Position numbers and translations under genes: made by a program. This document shows positions 40,701 through 53,223 of a DNA stretch of 64,000 nt, piece after piece. The notes below the pieces were generated by a model that saw only the letters and a list, made by a program, of their open reading frames with translations, was not told the DNA's origin and made no database searches. This DNA comes from Intoshia linei. Its lineage: Eukaryota; Animalia; Orthonectida. The stretch covers positions 1 through 64,000 of the forward strand of contig LWCA01000028.1 of assembly GCA_001642005.1 (NCBI GenBank), written 5' to 3'. The number at the start of each line of letters is the position of its first letter. Position 1 is the first letter of the stretch.

Positions 40701-43700
40701 CTCCAAGCTTCCTTGTCGTCTTTATTATATTGTAATGCCGTCTTGTACCAATCGGATGCATTGTAAATTTGACCATTATCACGAGCCATACTGCCTAATC
40801 GAAAATAGCAATCAACATATTGCGGACACTTTTTTAAAACTTGTTTATAAACATTGTTAGCCTCGTTGAATTTATTTAAAGCTTCGCAAGCCAGTCCGAT
40901 ATTATAATTTACGGTATGAATGAGAGACGAAAAATATTCATCTTTTTTAATATCCAACTGTGTTTCTGCGTACATTTTGGCTTTTTTGTAATAATTTAGT
41001 GATTTTTCGAAATTGTTTAAATTATAATGCAGAGACCCAACATTGTTGAGAATTTCGACAGGTACCTCAATTTGCATAACGTTTGTTAAAGTTTTTATAA
41101 GTTTTTCATATGTGTCTATCGATAGACTCGGATCGAAATTTTCCAAAACTTGAGCATACTCGATCCAAGCTTCAATATCATCATTATGGCATTTTGTAAT
41201 ATTTTCTAGGTATTTTCTCGCTAAATTCATTTTTTCGTGTTTCCCAGATTTAAGATATAAAGAGGCCAACATTTTCAAAGTTTCATAATTATCTGGAAAT
41301 GTTTTCAAAATTCTCTCTAATGCTGCAATCGCATTGTTGTATTCATGATTATTAAGATACATTTGAGCTAAGCCAAAATAAGGCAATACAAATTTACTAC
41401 TACTGTATTGATTACACTGAAAGTAATATTGAAAAGATTTTTTGTAATCCTTTTGAATGTGATGAACTTTGGCTAATAAATAACAACTTTCTGCTTTCAT
41501 TGATTCATTTTTAGTATTCTGAAAGGCGTGGATTGCAAGACTGTTTACTTTCTTATAATCTTGTTTATAGAAAAAATGGTTCGCCAAATGATTTAGAATC
41601 ATGGCTCGGTTTTGATCTAAACTGTATGCTTTAGTTAACAATTCAACCCCTTTTTTAACATTTTCAATTGTTTTTGAGTTTGTTTCAATAAGTGCCAAGC
41701 CAATTAATGCACTAACGCAATTTGGATCTAAATCCAGAGTTCTCCTGTACGCAATTCTGGCTCTATCAAAATTTTCTAATTTTGTAAAACAATGACCTAT
41801 TCCTACTCGAATGCAAGGAGGTCCATTAGGGATTAGTCTTAAAACTTTTCTGTAAAAATTTAAAGATTGTTTATAATCTTTTGCATTGTATAACAAGCAT
41901 GCTTTACCAAGCAATGCAGGTACGCACCTTTGATCCTAATAAATGTATATTATTAGAAATTAATACAAAATAAGCACATTATCCTATCCCACGATTAAAT
42001 AGCTCGAGGCCATCCGAAAATGAAAACCAGGCGCCCCAATTTTTTTGAGAACAATTTGTACAATGAACAACATGTTGCCATATGCACCTATCCAAGAATA
42101 TTTTTATTTTTTTTAATTCGAAATTTGGAAAAATGAGGCCCATTGGACCAAAATTTATATTTTTTTAAATTTTGTGGTTAAATTCGAAGTAAACTAGAAA
42201 CAAGGATAATGAAGGTTGTTTTATTACAAAATTTACTTAGCCGAAGATTTAAATAGACAAATTGTTGAAATAAAAAAAACAGACCGGAGGTGGAGGAAAG
42301 TGCGGCCTTCGAACAGTATATGTTTTCTCACCTCTGCACCAGACCATTTAAAATATTTTCAAAAAATGCCAAAAATTAGACACAGAAATTGGTTTTCGGA
42401 GATATTTTATTAGAATGTAAATTAATAAACTCAGTTTGCACTCATGTATCATCTATGAAATATAAATATTACTCTACTTTTGTAAAATTCAACCAAAATT
42501 AGTAATCTTTTTGTTGGTTTTAAGGATAAATTTATATTTATCAAAGTACCATAATTTCGCAACATCCCACAAAAAATATTCCAAAATATTACGATGTTAA
42601 GAATTATTATTATAATAGTAACATTAAAATAGAATTATATATTGTAATTGTATAAATATATTTCTGTGTTGAAATAAAAATTAACTCGGCCCAACCATAC
42701 TCACTCGTTTATATTTAAAAAATATCCCCCCGTATCCGTTGGAGGATTACACTTGAAACAATATAAGCGTATATAAATACCTTTGACAAAACATAATTAA
42801 ATTGTGTTTCTGCTTGTTCCACCTTGTCACCTCCAATTAAACAAAAATAAGCCCTTCCAAGTAAATGGTTCTAAAAAGTAAATGAATACATTGAAATATT
42901 GTTTTTACAATATTTAACCCGATACAGTACATGCAGTACCATATACAACAATGAGTGCTGGCAATCAATATAAATGTTTCCATAATTGTATATATTCATT
43001 TTTTTAAATAAACATTTTGTAGTAATTAATTTTGAAAAAAATTCACTTTTACCAACTATTTTGAGTAAATCGAATTTTATCAACCTAGTTAATTAGTTAG
43101 TCCAAAGTTTAATACTTTAAAGAAAATTAATTTAAAACATAGCATAATAAATTATTATAATGTACATTATGTTAGTTTAGATTTTTAAATTTTTTTTCGA
43201 TTGCCAGCACTAACCACGACTAAATTTACGGACAAATATTTTGCAATTTTTACTCGCCCTTTTCTATAGAATTTCTGATTAACCACTAGTACCTTCCTAG
43301 TAATTTAAATTTTTTTATAGTTAGCCCTAAATTTTATACTCCATATTTCATCATGAGCAAGGGTGGTCGATTTTCTGGTACCAGCAATTTTTTTAAATAT
43401 ATAAATAACTAATTTTTAAAATGTAAACTAAATACAATAACGCTTGTAAGTCTCTTAAAATTTATAATATTTAGAACTAAGTACTCGGAAAAAAGTATTT
43501 TTCCTTCATGGTTGCTAAAATATTGGAAACACATTCTCGTAAGGTTTCGTAAAATTGAAATTTTTATAAAAATATAGGAAAAGAGATTTTCCCTTAACTT
43601 AAGTCTTGCTAAAATTCCATTTTTTTTGGATTGGATTAAAAGTTTTTTATCACAATGTTTTTTGTAAAATCGTAAGAAAAAGATAATTAAATAAAGGGCT

Positions 43701-45472
43701 TGAAAAGGTATGTTTTATTAAATATTATTAAATTTTACTAATGGTGGGATAAAAGTGGGATTTTTAAAATAATAATTTAGCGGTCGTCTAGGCTTTAGGA
43801 TAAAATCCAAACATCTGGCAACTTTGCAATAATGTATTTTACAAAAATAAAGTAATTTTGCTGGTAATAATAAGGCACGTGCTTGTAACACATTTGACAA
43901 TGGTCAAGAGGTTCTCAATCTTTTTCAAGAATCATCCCCTAAAGTTTAGAAGAATAATTAATTAGTTTAAGCTAAAGCGAAAATTAATGTATATCGCCAG
44001 TGGCGATATATGTTCGCCACCTATAACGGTTTCACATTTTATCGTTGTATTTTGATTTTTTTCATAAAAAGTTTTATTTATTTTGCTTCTTTTTTATGTT
44101 TAAAATCACTTGAAATTTATATAAAAAAGATTTAAAAAAATTCAAAATCATTGGATGTGAAACCAATAATATTCAATATTTTAAACAAATATTTGACGTA
44201 CGAGATACACAAGTTTTGTATATGAAAAAAATTATATTTAACAAGAGGAAAGAACTCAAAAAAAGTATAAAAATAGTAATAAACGTTGAAATTTCATCTT
44301 TTTAAAAAAAAGGGTCAATTTTTGGAGGTAAAAAATATTTGTAAAACAAATATAGTTAAAGAAATAATTATGAAAATTCGTCTCGCCCATTGAAAACCTC
44401 TGATGAGAATATATTAACCATTACACATAGGCAGAAACCATGGCAGTAGAGTTGTGCTAGTGGCTATATGGCCGAGACCTACAATCATTCGGGCTACTTT
44501 TTAATTTATTAATAGGTAATGTTGGAAAATTTCTTAAATATGTCATAATTATAATGACCAATAAGATTTACAATGTTATTTTCAATTTTTGGACAATAAA
44601 CGATCGATTAAACAATGTATAGACGTGCCAATTTAAAAAGAATTAATGGGGCCTACATTTCCAATTCTAACATCTGATCCGGGCCTACCGCTATCTCTCC
44701 ACAGCCATTGTAGCAACCAATACAAACAATATATGTTAAGTAATCAATAATATATAAATTGGCGCCATACAAGTCATGAATATTAAAAAGGCGTTTTTTC
44801 CGCCCTACCCGTTGTAGTCGTCTAAAATAATGTAGAATGTCCGCAAAAAATTAAATTAAAAATGTAATCATGTTTCAAAAAATATAATAGTTTCATTCTT
44901 ACACGACACCGTGATACTGTACATGCAAAAATCTAATCCAAAATTTTTACTCCAAATCAATATACTGGCAATAAAATTAAAAGATTACAATGTCATGAAT
45001 ATTAATTTTATCAGCAATGGTGTAATTTTGGGTTGCTTTTTCAAAAAAAGTAGTTTTTTTACTGGAATCTTGTTCACAATGACCCATTTTGACATAATAA
45101 GCTGCAAGCAAATCTAATGCTTTCATTTGATCATCTTCAAAATTATCATAGGAAATGTTTGCAATTTTTGGAGCGGAAGTTAAAATGACTTCAAACGCTT
45201 CATAATTTTTTTGTCTGTAATATTCCAACTAAAATTATTTTTATTACTCTTAATATTAATAATTAAAATATTTAAATTTTTTAATTATAATTACGGCCAA
45301 TTTTATCCAAATGTGCAATGGAGCAATTTCTTGTTTTAAAATATTTAAAACTTCGCTTCCAGATGGTAAATTCGTATATTCCAATTCGATAGACTATTAT
45401 TTAACTTTTATTTAACCAAAATAAACACATTACCTCGCCTTGAGTGTTTCTTAGAGGAATTTCAATAGACAT
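37757..45472 (-). CDS. CTR9: PAF1 complex subunit CTR9 (TPR protein, spliced)
   Basis: [48 protein letters not shown] and [22 protein letters not shown]. Acidic/basic C-terminal exons extend to 37757. Confidence 0.96.
38599..39400 (+). mobile_element. hAT MITE (TTTTACCAA tandem-repeat family) in a CTR9 intron
   Basis: CAGTGGTTCCAGATTGGGGTCC terminus shared with the 20781 copy, and the same ~30-nt repeats. Right end unclear. Confidence 0.6.
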
Positions 45473-46530
45473 TTAAGTTTTAAAATTTAAATTGAAGTAA
45501 TGTTTATTGGTTATCATGTTTTCAGATATTTTTATTATAAAAATAAAAAATACCAAATGTATCAATCATTTGATATCGAGCCAAAGCTAACATGCGTCAG
45601 GCTCTTTAAAAATCAAAAATTTATTTTTTGTTAGAATTAATTAAGAATCCGTACTCGGCAGAGCTAGATGCTGTTTGTACATAGTACATAACAGAAACCT
45701 ACTTATGTATATAAAATTATTTTTACAAGTAATATCTGTTTACAACCACACTTAAAATAACCACTAGTTCAATAGTAAACGATCCAATTCCACGACGTTG
45801 ATTAAATTGTAAAACAAACAACGTAAATGTGACTCAAGAATCTTGAAATTAGGGGTGTCAGACTCAATTTGCTTGGCGGGCCAAATATGAAAAAAAATTA
45901 TTACGCGGGCCGCACAAAAAAATCTTTACTCAAAAAGTTATGTTAAACTAACATATATAATTAATTTATAATAATTTGAATTCATAAAATGGAATAAGTG
46001 TAAACATAATGTTAAAATTGTAATAATAATTCCATAATTGGGACCGCATAATTGACACTCCTGCTCAAGACAAAACAATGATAATTTTCAAGTGGCATAA
46101 AAAAAATTAAAAATCTAATCTAATTAAAAAACTAAATTAAACTCAATATCGATTTTATTAATTATACATTGATCAATAAAATTGATTGATACTTTTCCTG
46201 ACATCTTGATTTACTGACATTGGTTGTGATTTTGTAATATTGTGCTTTTAACAATATGCATTATGTTTTCATTATAATGAACTTGAGCTAAAATTATTGC
46301 AATAGCAATTAAATTAGACACATTTAATGTTTTAGTAATAAATATACTTTTGCTCACATAATTACAATTATCAAAGTAATCTGAGAGATTGAAATTAATA
46401 TACAAAATAATTTTTATAATTTCAATTTCATCTACAAACATATTTAAAATAAAGAATGTTATCTAACCTAACGCTCACAGTTAAAGAAAACATTTTACTG
46501 TTTTACAGATTCAATCATGACTACTACTCA

Positions 46531-47651
46531 ATGGAAAATTATAAAATAATATTAATTTCTATTATTTTTGGCATCCTTACTCTTGTAGGGTGTATAGAAA
46601 ATGGATATAGTCTGGTAACATTAATTAAATAAATTATATTAAAAAAGTTTACTAAACATTTAGTACATTATTCTGTCCAGAAAAAAACTTAGAACATTGA
46701 AAAACATTTTTATCGGAAATTTAGCATTCACAGATATATTCATGTGTTCCATTGTTGAACCTTTCAATATTTATCAAATGATTGTCAATCAATGGGAGTT
46801 TGGTTTCATTATGTGCAAAGTATAAAAAATTTGCTTTTTTATGGGTTAGTTTAGCGCAATAATGGGAGCCATTGCTTGTTTTGCTTCAACGTATACCATT
46901 ATCACTATTTGCGTACATCGATATATTGCAATTGTTTATTTATCAAATACCAATGTAAAAAAACAAGTCATTGTCAGCTTTATGTTGATATGGATCACTA
47001 GTATATTTATTCCTATGCCATTAATGTATCTAACGAAATATGATGGTATTTTTTAATATTATTATGATCTATCAACAATATGACTCATAACCCTGATGTT
47101 AATTTTATTCATAATTGAGTATTCTTCATTTATTATCAAGTATTATTTAGATTTTAGATAATGTAATTTTAGTCTTCTACGTTAAGGGCAAAATGGTCAA
47201 AATATGTATACAAAACCTCAATCATAAAATATTTGGACACTATGGATTAATTTTAATAATAACTCAATTTATAATTCCATCAATCTTGCTAATTTACATT
47301 AACTGCAGAATAATTTCTTTAATTGTGAAAAGACCAAATTTTAATAAACAAATATCAAAAAAGACAAGTAAAAATGCAATTTCAATGTATGCAACGTATT
47401 CAAATTCTTCAAATGCTCGTAATGCTAAAAATATAACAATTCTATCAATTATTATATTTTTATTCATCGCAGTATGGCTACCACTAAATCTAGTTAATGT
47501 AATGTATAATTATGGAATTAATATTGGAAATGTCGACATTGTATTGCCAGTTTGTCATTTTTTAGTGAGTCTCTCATCCTGTCTTCACCCAATAATATAC
47601 GTGTGGTTAAATACTACCATTAGACATGAATTTTTTATTCAATGTATGTAA
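46531..47651 (+). CDS. Class A neuropeptide GPCR (NPY/NPF/RFamide receptor-like, spliced)
   Basis: LRTLKNIFIGNLAFTDIFMC..EPF, WEFGFIMCK, VHRYIAIV, QFIIP, WLPLN and CLHPIIYVWLN. The true start may lie slightly upstream. Confidence 0.85.
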
Positions 47652-47789
47652 AAAAGTAAATAATAAATGTATTGTAATAAAGGGTAATTATTCAAGTAAA
47701 TAATTATAATTATATTTATTACTAGTTGACTGTTATAATGATAATTTTCAATTTCAAAATCTTATATTTTCACGGTCAAAACTGTCAAC

Positions 47790-49038
47790 TTCTTGACGCG
47801 TTCTGGTTAAATTGTACTAGACACCTGTTTTATCGCATTCCACAGTGAATTCGTGATTCAATAGAATTATATTGGGTTCTAGCAGCATATAGCCCTTGCA
47901 CTGGTAGAGTTATATGTATAGTTAATAGGTTATAAAAATATTACATCTTTATCATGCTCCAATAATTTTCTATTGGATTTAAAACTGGACTGTTAGGAGG
48001 CCAAATTATTAATTTTTCTCCATTAATAGCATTTTCTGATAAAAATGTCCTACTATATGGTCATACATGTGGAAGGTGAATCGTGCATGAATTTGAAATT
48101 GTTTTTAAATTCTTCACTCTTTGAATTGAACCATGGAAAGTAGTTCTTCTCCAAAAACTCTGTGTAACTAACTATAAAAATTTAAACATGCCAAAATAGT
48201 GAGTATTACAATTTAGAATTTAATTTTACGCCACTTGGAATTCGAAATGGTCCTAACACTTGACTATCAAGTATTACAGCCCAAAACATGACCCCTCCTC
48301 CATCTTTTTGGCAACGCAATCTAATCGGAACTTTAGCATCATTAAGTACCCAGCCTCTTGACCACCCACCCGGTCCATCTAAAGTTGCACGGCATTCATC
48401 AGTGAACATAACCATATAGAAATTTATCTTTAAATTGACTTTAACCCAATTAAGACGTTTTACTTTATGAATTGGCTTTAAAATTGGTCTTTTCGTAGAT
48501 TTTTTGACATAAGAAATGGTTTTTAATACCCTACAACGAGTATTTCTCGAGAAATTGTTATGTTACAAGTTGTAAATAATTTGGAACTAGTGGCAAGTGG
48601 TGTGGTAGATATTTCTCGCCTTAATCGAGATAATTCTCGCAGTGTCATTACTTTTTTTTGCATATTTGGACCTATCATTTTAATTATTTAATTTTTTGAT
48701 GGGTAATGAGCCCATTTTTTAATTTTCGATGGTCGCGTTTTAGAACTTTGGATATAAAGAGTTGTCTTTCCTCTGGCCAATAAGTCTGTTATTTGACTTT
48801 TTTCGTCATTCTTTTGTCTCATTTCAAATTTGCCTAACAAATTGACACACTAATTTAAGTATATAAACAATAATATGTGAATGAAAAGTTTTTTTTACAA
48901 ATTAAATTTAGTTTATTTAATGAATAATATTAACATCAATTAAAAGCCACCTAATTACGAAACAAAAAATTAAGTTTTCATTATTCCTAAAGTTTATTAG
49001 ATGAATTTTAGTGATCTGCCTAATAAATTAACACACTG
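47790..49038 (-). mobile_element. Tc1/mariner relic, probably DD37E (TRT) family
   Basis: TA|CAGTGTGTTAATTTATTAGGCA terminus at 49038. Degenerate transposase motifs FTDECRATLDGP.GW, GGGVMFWA, FMHD and WPPNSPVLNPIENYW. Confidence 0.85.
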
Positions 49039-49137
49039 TACATTGTAGTTTTTTTAATTTAGAAATACTATAACTTCACTCTACAAAGAAGTTTATTGCT
49101 ATTTAAATTTTAGACATCGAAAACTGGAGAACTCGAA

Positions 49138-50930
49138 ATGACAAAAGACATTTACTTGGATAAAAACATTCAGATATGGGCTCTATTTCCAATCACTCTT
49201 GTTACGTTGTTGTTCAGTGTTATCAGGCATTACGCCACCTTTTTGTTTACCAATAAATCTCCAGATAATCTCAAACAGATACATGACACGTACCATTTTT
49301 TAATATTCATAATATATTACGTTTTAATAGACAGGTAGTCAATAGATGCCAAACACTTCGCAAAAACTTTGGATATATACCTAAAAGGGTAAATAAGAAT
49401 GTTTATTTGTAGTTATAAAAAAACTTATTTGTCTTGAAAATCACAGAAATTTTTCGACGCGTGTATAGATACATTTTCTCTAGTTTTATAAATAACTTGT
49501 TAATAATTATAAACATCAAGTATAATTTTTTTGAGGTTTATCGTTATTTTAAACTAAACCATATTTAAAGTTTTTAAATTCATTGTTTCTACTTTTTTGA
49601 TTTACGTTCGATATAATACCTTTAATGTAGGCCTTTTTAATGAGATTGGATTATTTTGCGCTACGAGAAGATGCTTATCTGAAATTAAAACAAAAAAACA
49701 GTGAAAACCCTACACCTCAAGGTAAAACGTGTGTAATTATATAACAGCATTTTTAGATCCCATGGCCATGATGGATATGATGAAGGGCAATTTTTTCAAT
49801 ATATTTTCAATGATTGTTATTGGAGGTTGGGTTAATTGGTTTTTCTCTGGGTTTCTAGCTAGTATGTCTATTTAATTTTATTTAAAAACACTTTATTTCA
49901 GCTAAAGTTCCTTTTCCTTTGACTCATAAATTCAAACCCATGTTACAAAGAGACATACAACTTAGATCTTTGGATCCTTCTTGGTAATACATTGGAATAA
50001 TTATCTTATATTATAATATTAATTAATTACTTATATAATGTGTTTTGTTTGTCTATGTGTTATTGTTTATTTCAATAACTACCAGTCTTGGTAGTGTTGG
50101 TAAGATAAATTCCAACCTCTATCTTACGGGTGAAAAAGCCCAATTGTCCTTTTTTGAAAATCAAACGAGTTCGAGAATTTAAAAAAATATACTCTGTGAT
50201 ACGGATTTTAAAATTATAAATTTAAATTTAAAAAAATATATCTTCAAGGCTAAAACCTTAAATTACCCTTTTTTTTAATGAAAACAGTCCTAGAATTTTA
50301 AAAAATTTCAATCTGACTAAGTGACGTCTCCACGGTCAAAAAAACATTTTAGTATTACGTTATTAGTTATATGTATGTAGTACAAAACCGTCAACCTTGT
50401 TATAATATATTTTATATTAAGTTAGAGGTACTTCTAAACTTAAAAACACCGTGCTGTATTGAAGTTATGGAATATTAATTATATATAATTATTTAGGGTC
50501 AGTTCAATTTCATGGTGTTTTTTAAACTTTTTTGGGCTTCGTAGTGCTCAAAATCTACTTCTAAATGAAAAATCCGGTATACATGTTATGTTTACATAAT
50601 TATCATTCAGATAGCTCTATGATGCCAATGCCTGGCGCTCCAATGTCGGGAATGCAAGATATGACGAAAGCATACAAAGTATATATTAGTGTGTTCAACT
50701 TAGTTAGAAACTTAGTACTTACTGAGTTTTACAAAATAAAAACTCAGTCAAAGTAGTTAATTAATTGTAAGTACTTTTTAAAAAAGTTTAACACAGTATA
50801 TGTAATTATTAACTTGTAAATATATAAATGATTCATTTAGTCTGAAAGTGAAGCATTAACCTTGATATGCCATAAATGGAAATTAGATAACATTGTGGAT
50901 GAAGTAATAGACCGTTTCGAGAAAAAATAA
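49138..50930 (+). CDS. EMC3: ER membrane protein complex subunit 3 (spliced)
   Basis: [53 protein letters not shown] and [19 protein letters not shown]. Confidence 0.95.
50004..50399 (+). mobile_element. Short Helitron copy in an EMC3 intron
   Basis: A|TC 5' end, internal match to 6385-6700, and decayed 3' end GTAGTACAAAACCGTCAACCTTG|T. Confidence 0.6.
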
Positions 50931-50951
50931 TTTTAATCGTTTAATTAAAAT

Positions 50952-52499
50952 TTAATTGTTAATCAAAGTTGATCTTGTTTCCTCCATTAATTGAGGCATC
51001 AGTCGTTTTTCTGGTGGAAGGTGGCTATTATAATTGAGGACAATTTCTCGATCGGCAGGGCAGCTTTTGCTAAATATTTCATCGTTATAAATGTGTTTCA
51101 AATATTCTTTAATTGATGGAAATTCATTGACAATGTCAGTTTTTTGAAATTGCTAAATAAACAAAATTGTAAGACTTGATTCGAAAATACCATCAAAAAC
51201 ACACGCGTATGGTGCAAAATCACAGAAAGACTACAATCCGAAAACGACAATTCGTCATTTTCAGCGAAACGTAGACCTTTCTGATGATTTTTAAGAAGGT
51301 GTTTGTCTATAGTGTGTAAGCTGTTCATTAAGGTTCCCAGCTTTGCTTCTGACCAAGTACGAACGTACTGCAAAAAATACTAAAATTATTATTATTTCGT
51401 TAATAGAAATTAACTCTTAGTGTGTTTGTATGCGTGGAGGCAGCATTGCCATATTCTTCGCTATTGATGCAATTGTAAAAATAGTCAAAACTATCTAGAT
51501 AGTCGTCAATGTCAGTCACAGATACGGCTGTTGTTTCTACGCCATTCTTTGTTATTTTCATAATGTGGCATTGGCTACCACTGCTGAAATTTCGTACCTC
51601 CTTCGGGGGATTTTCTTTGTTTCAAAATTATTTATATTTAAATTTTTTTTATTTGACAATATTACATTATAGTCAAAGGTGTTACAGTTATGTACCAGTA
51701 AAATTAAAAGAATTAGTTTATTTTTGTAAAATAAATTATTGCAGTTGCCAAATGTAATTTTATCTCAAAGCCTAGAAGACCGCTAAATTATGATTTTAAA
51801 AATCCTGCCATTAATATAATTTAATACAAAATACCATTTCAAGCCTTTTATGTAAAACCCCAACGCATTTACAAAAAACCTTTTAATCCAATTTTACCAA
51901 CCCTTAAGTTAAAGTAATATCTCTTTTCTTATATTTGTTTGAAAACTTTGATTTCACTGAAACCTCACCAGAAAACTGTTTATTTAACCACAAAATAAAA
52001 AACCAAAATTTTCTGAGTGCTGAGTTGTAAACATGTAAACAAGCGTGATTGTATTCAGTTTACAAATTCCTAAAGGTGTGGTGTAAATTATATATATATA
52101 TGCAATAGATCAACTAATACTCTTATCGAGAATTACATTATATAACATTCAAAATTCAAAAAGTAAGGTCACAATGTATTATCATTAAAAGATACCAATT
52201 GCAAAAGAAGTTACAGTAAGGTGAATAAGTTTATGTTTCATCATAATCATGAGAGTCATAAAATACGATTGACACATTTGACAGGATCCTAGCTTTTTCT
52301 AAAGCACTTTTATTTAACAAAAAAACAAGAAACTTTATCCATGCCAGCCTAAACTCAAAAATAGAATATACAAAAAACTTTATACCCTGACAAAATATTC
52401 AACACATGGTAAATCATTTGGCGTTTTTTCTTGTATACTCTAAAATAATTATGTATGTCCCCTGTAATAAATGTTTACTTGGTTCGCAACATCCGACAT
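50952..52499 (-). CDS. CLIC: Chloride intracellular channel (CLIC/EXC-4-like, GST fold; spliced)
   Basis: VEYFVR-AGMDK-KKLGSCQMCQSYFMTL (compare IELFVKAGSDG..GNCPFSQRLFM), ELSFSDCSL..ILHHTRV and FSKSCPADREI. Confidence 0.85.
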
Positions 52500-52649
52500 T
52501 TGTGGAATAAAAATTAAATAAATACAAATAAAAAAGTTAGTATTAATAATATTTAATATCTATAGTAATAATAGAGCTATCACAATACTGTATAACTAAA
52601 CATATAATTGGATGTTTACAAATTAAACAACAAATATAAACAATGGCTA

Positions 52650-53006
52650 TTATTGCGGTAATCTTGACTTGGATAAATAATCCATAAACCTTGACGCTTC
52701 TAAAGATCGTTTTCCTAAAAAACGGTTGAATCGCTCGTCCGAATTTTCGATTCGTTCCAATAATCTTCGCAGTTCTTCAGATGCTTGTGATCCATATTGA
52801 TTAATGCTTCTCGTTTGCATAAACTCATCATTTAGACGACCATTAATTACTTTTCCATTTGGGTAACCGACGTCATTATAAAACTGCTTCCACTTTCTAA
52901 ATATCGGTAAAGCGACTTTGTTAACATCTGGGTCTGAATTTTGTGAATTTACTCCAACAAAGATTAAAATATAGTAGAATTTCATAAAACAATTTTTCGA
53001 AATCAT
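52650..53006 (-). CDS. Putative secreted neuropeptide precursor (amidated ...FNRFLamide)
   Basis: 118-aa intronless ORF with a hydrophobic N-terminus (FMKFYYILIFVGVNS), RK and RR sites, and a G-KR amidation/cleavage signal. Confidence 0.6.
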   Translation of the reverse strand: MISKNCFMKFYYILIFVGVNSQNSDPDVNKVALPIFRKWKQFYNDVGYPNGKVINGRLNDEFMQTRSINQYGSQASEELRRLLERIENSDERFNRFLGKRSLEASRFMDYLSKSRLPQ

Positions 53007-53223
53007 TATTAAAATGAAACTTAATGAAATCTATTGATTGCAACTTTTATTAAGAATGTAAATAAACGACACCACTTTTATTAATTGAAATGAGCAAAGT
53101 AATACATGTATAATTATAAACTAGGTACTACTGCAGAACGGATCAGAAGTCAAAATCGATAAAAGAACATACTAAAACATTTAATTTACACATGTCAAAA
53201 TATACACAGAAATTAAAACAATG

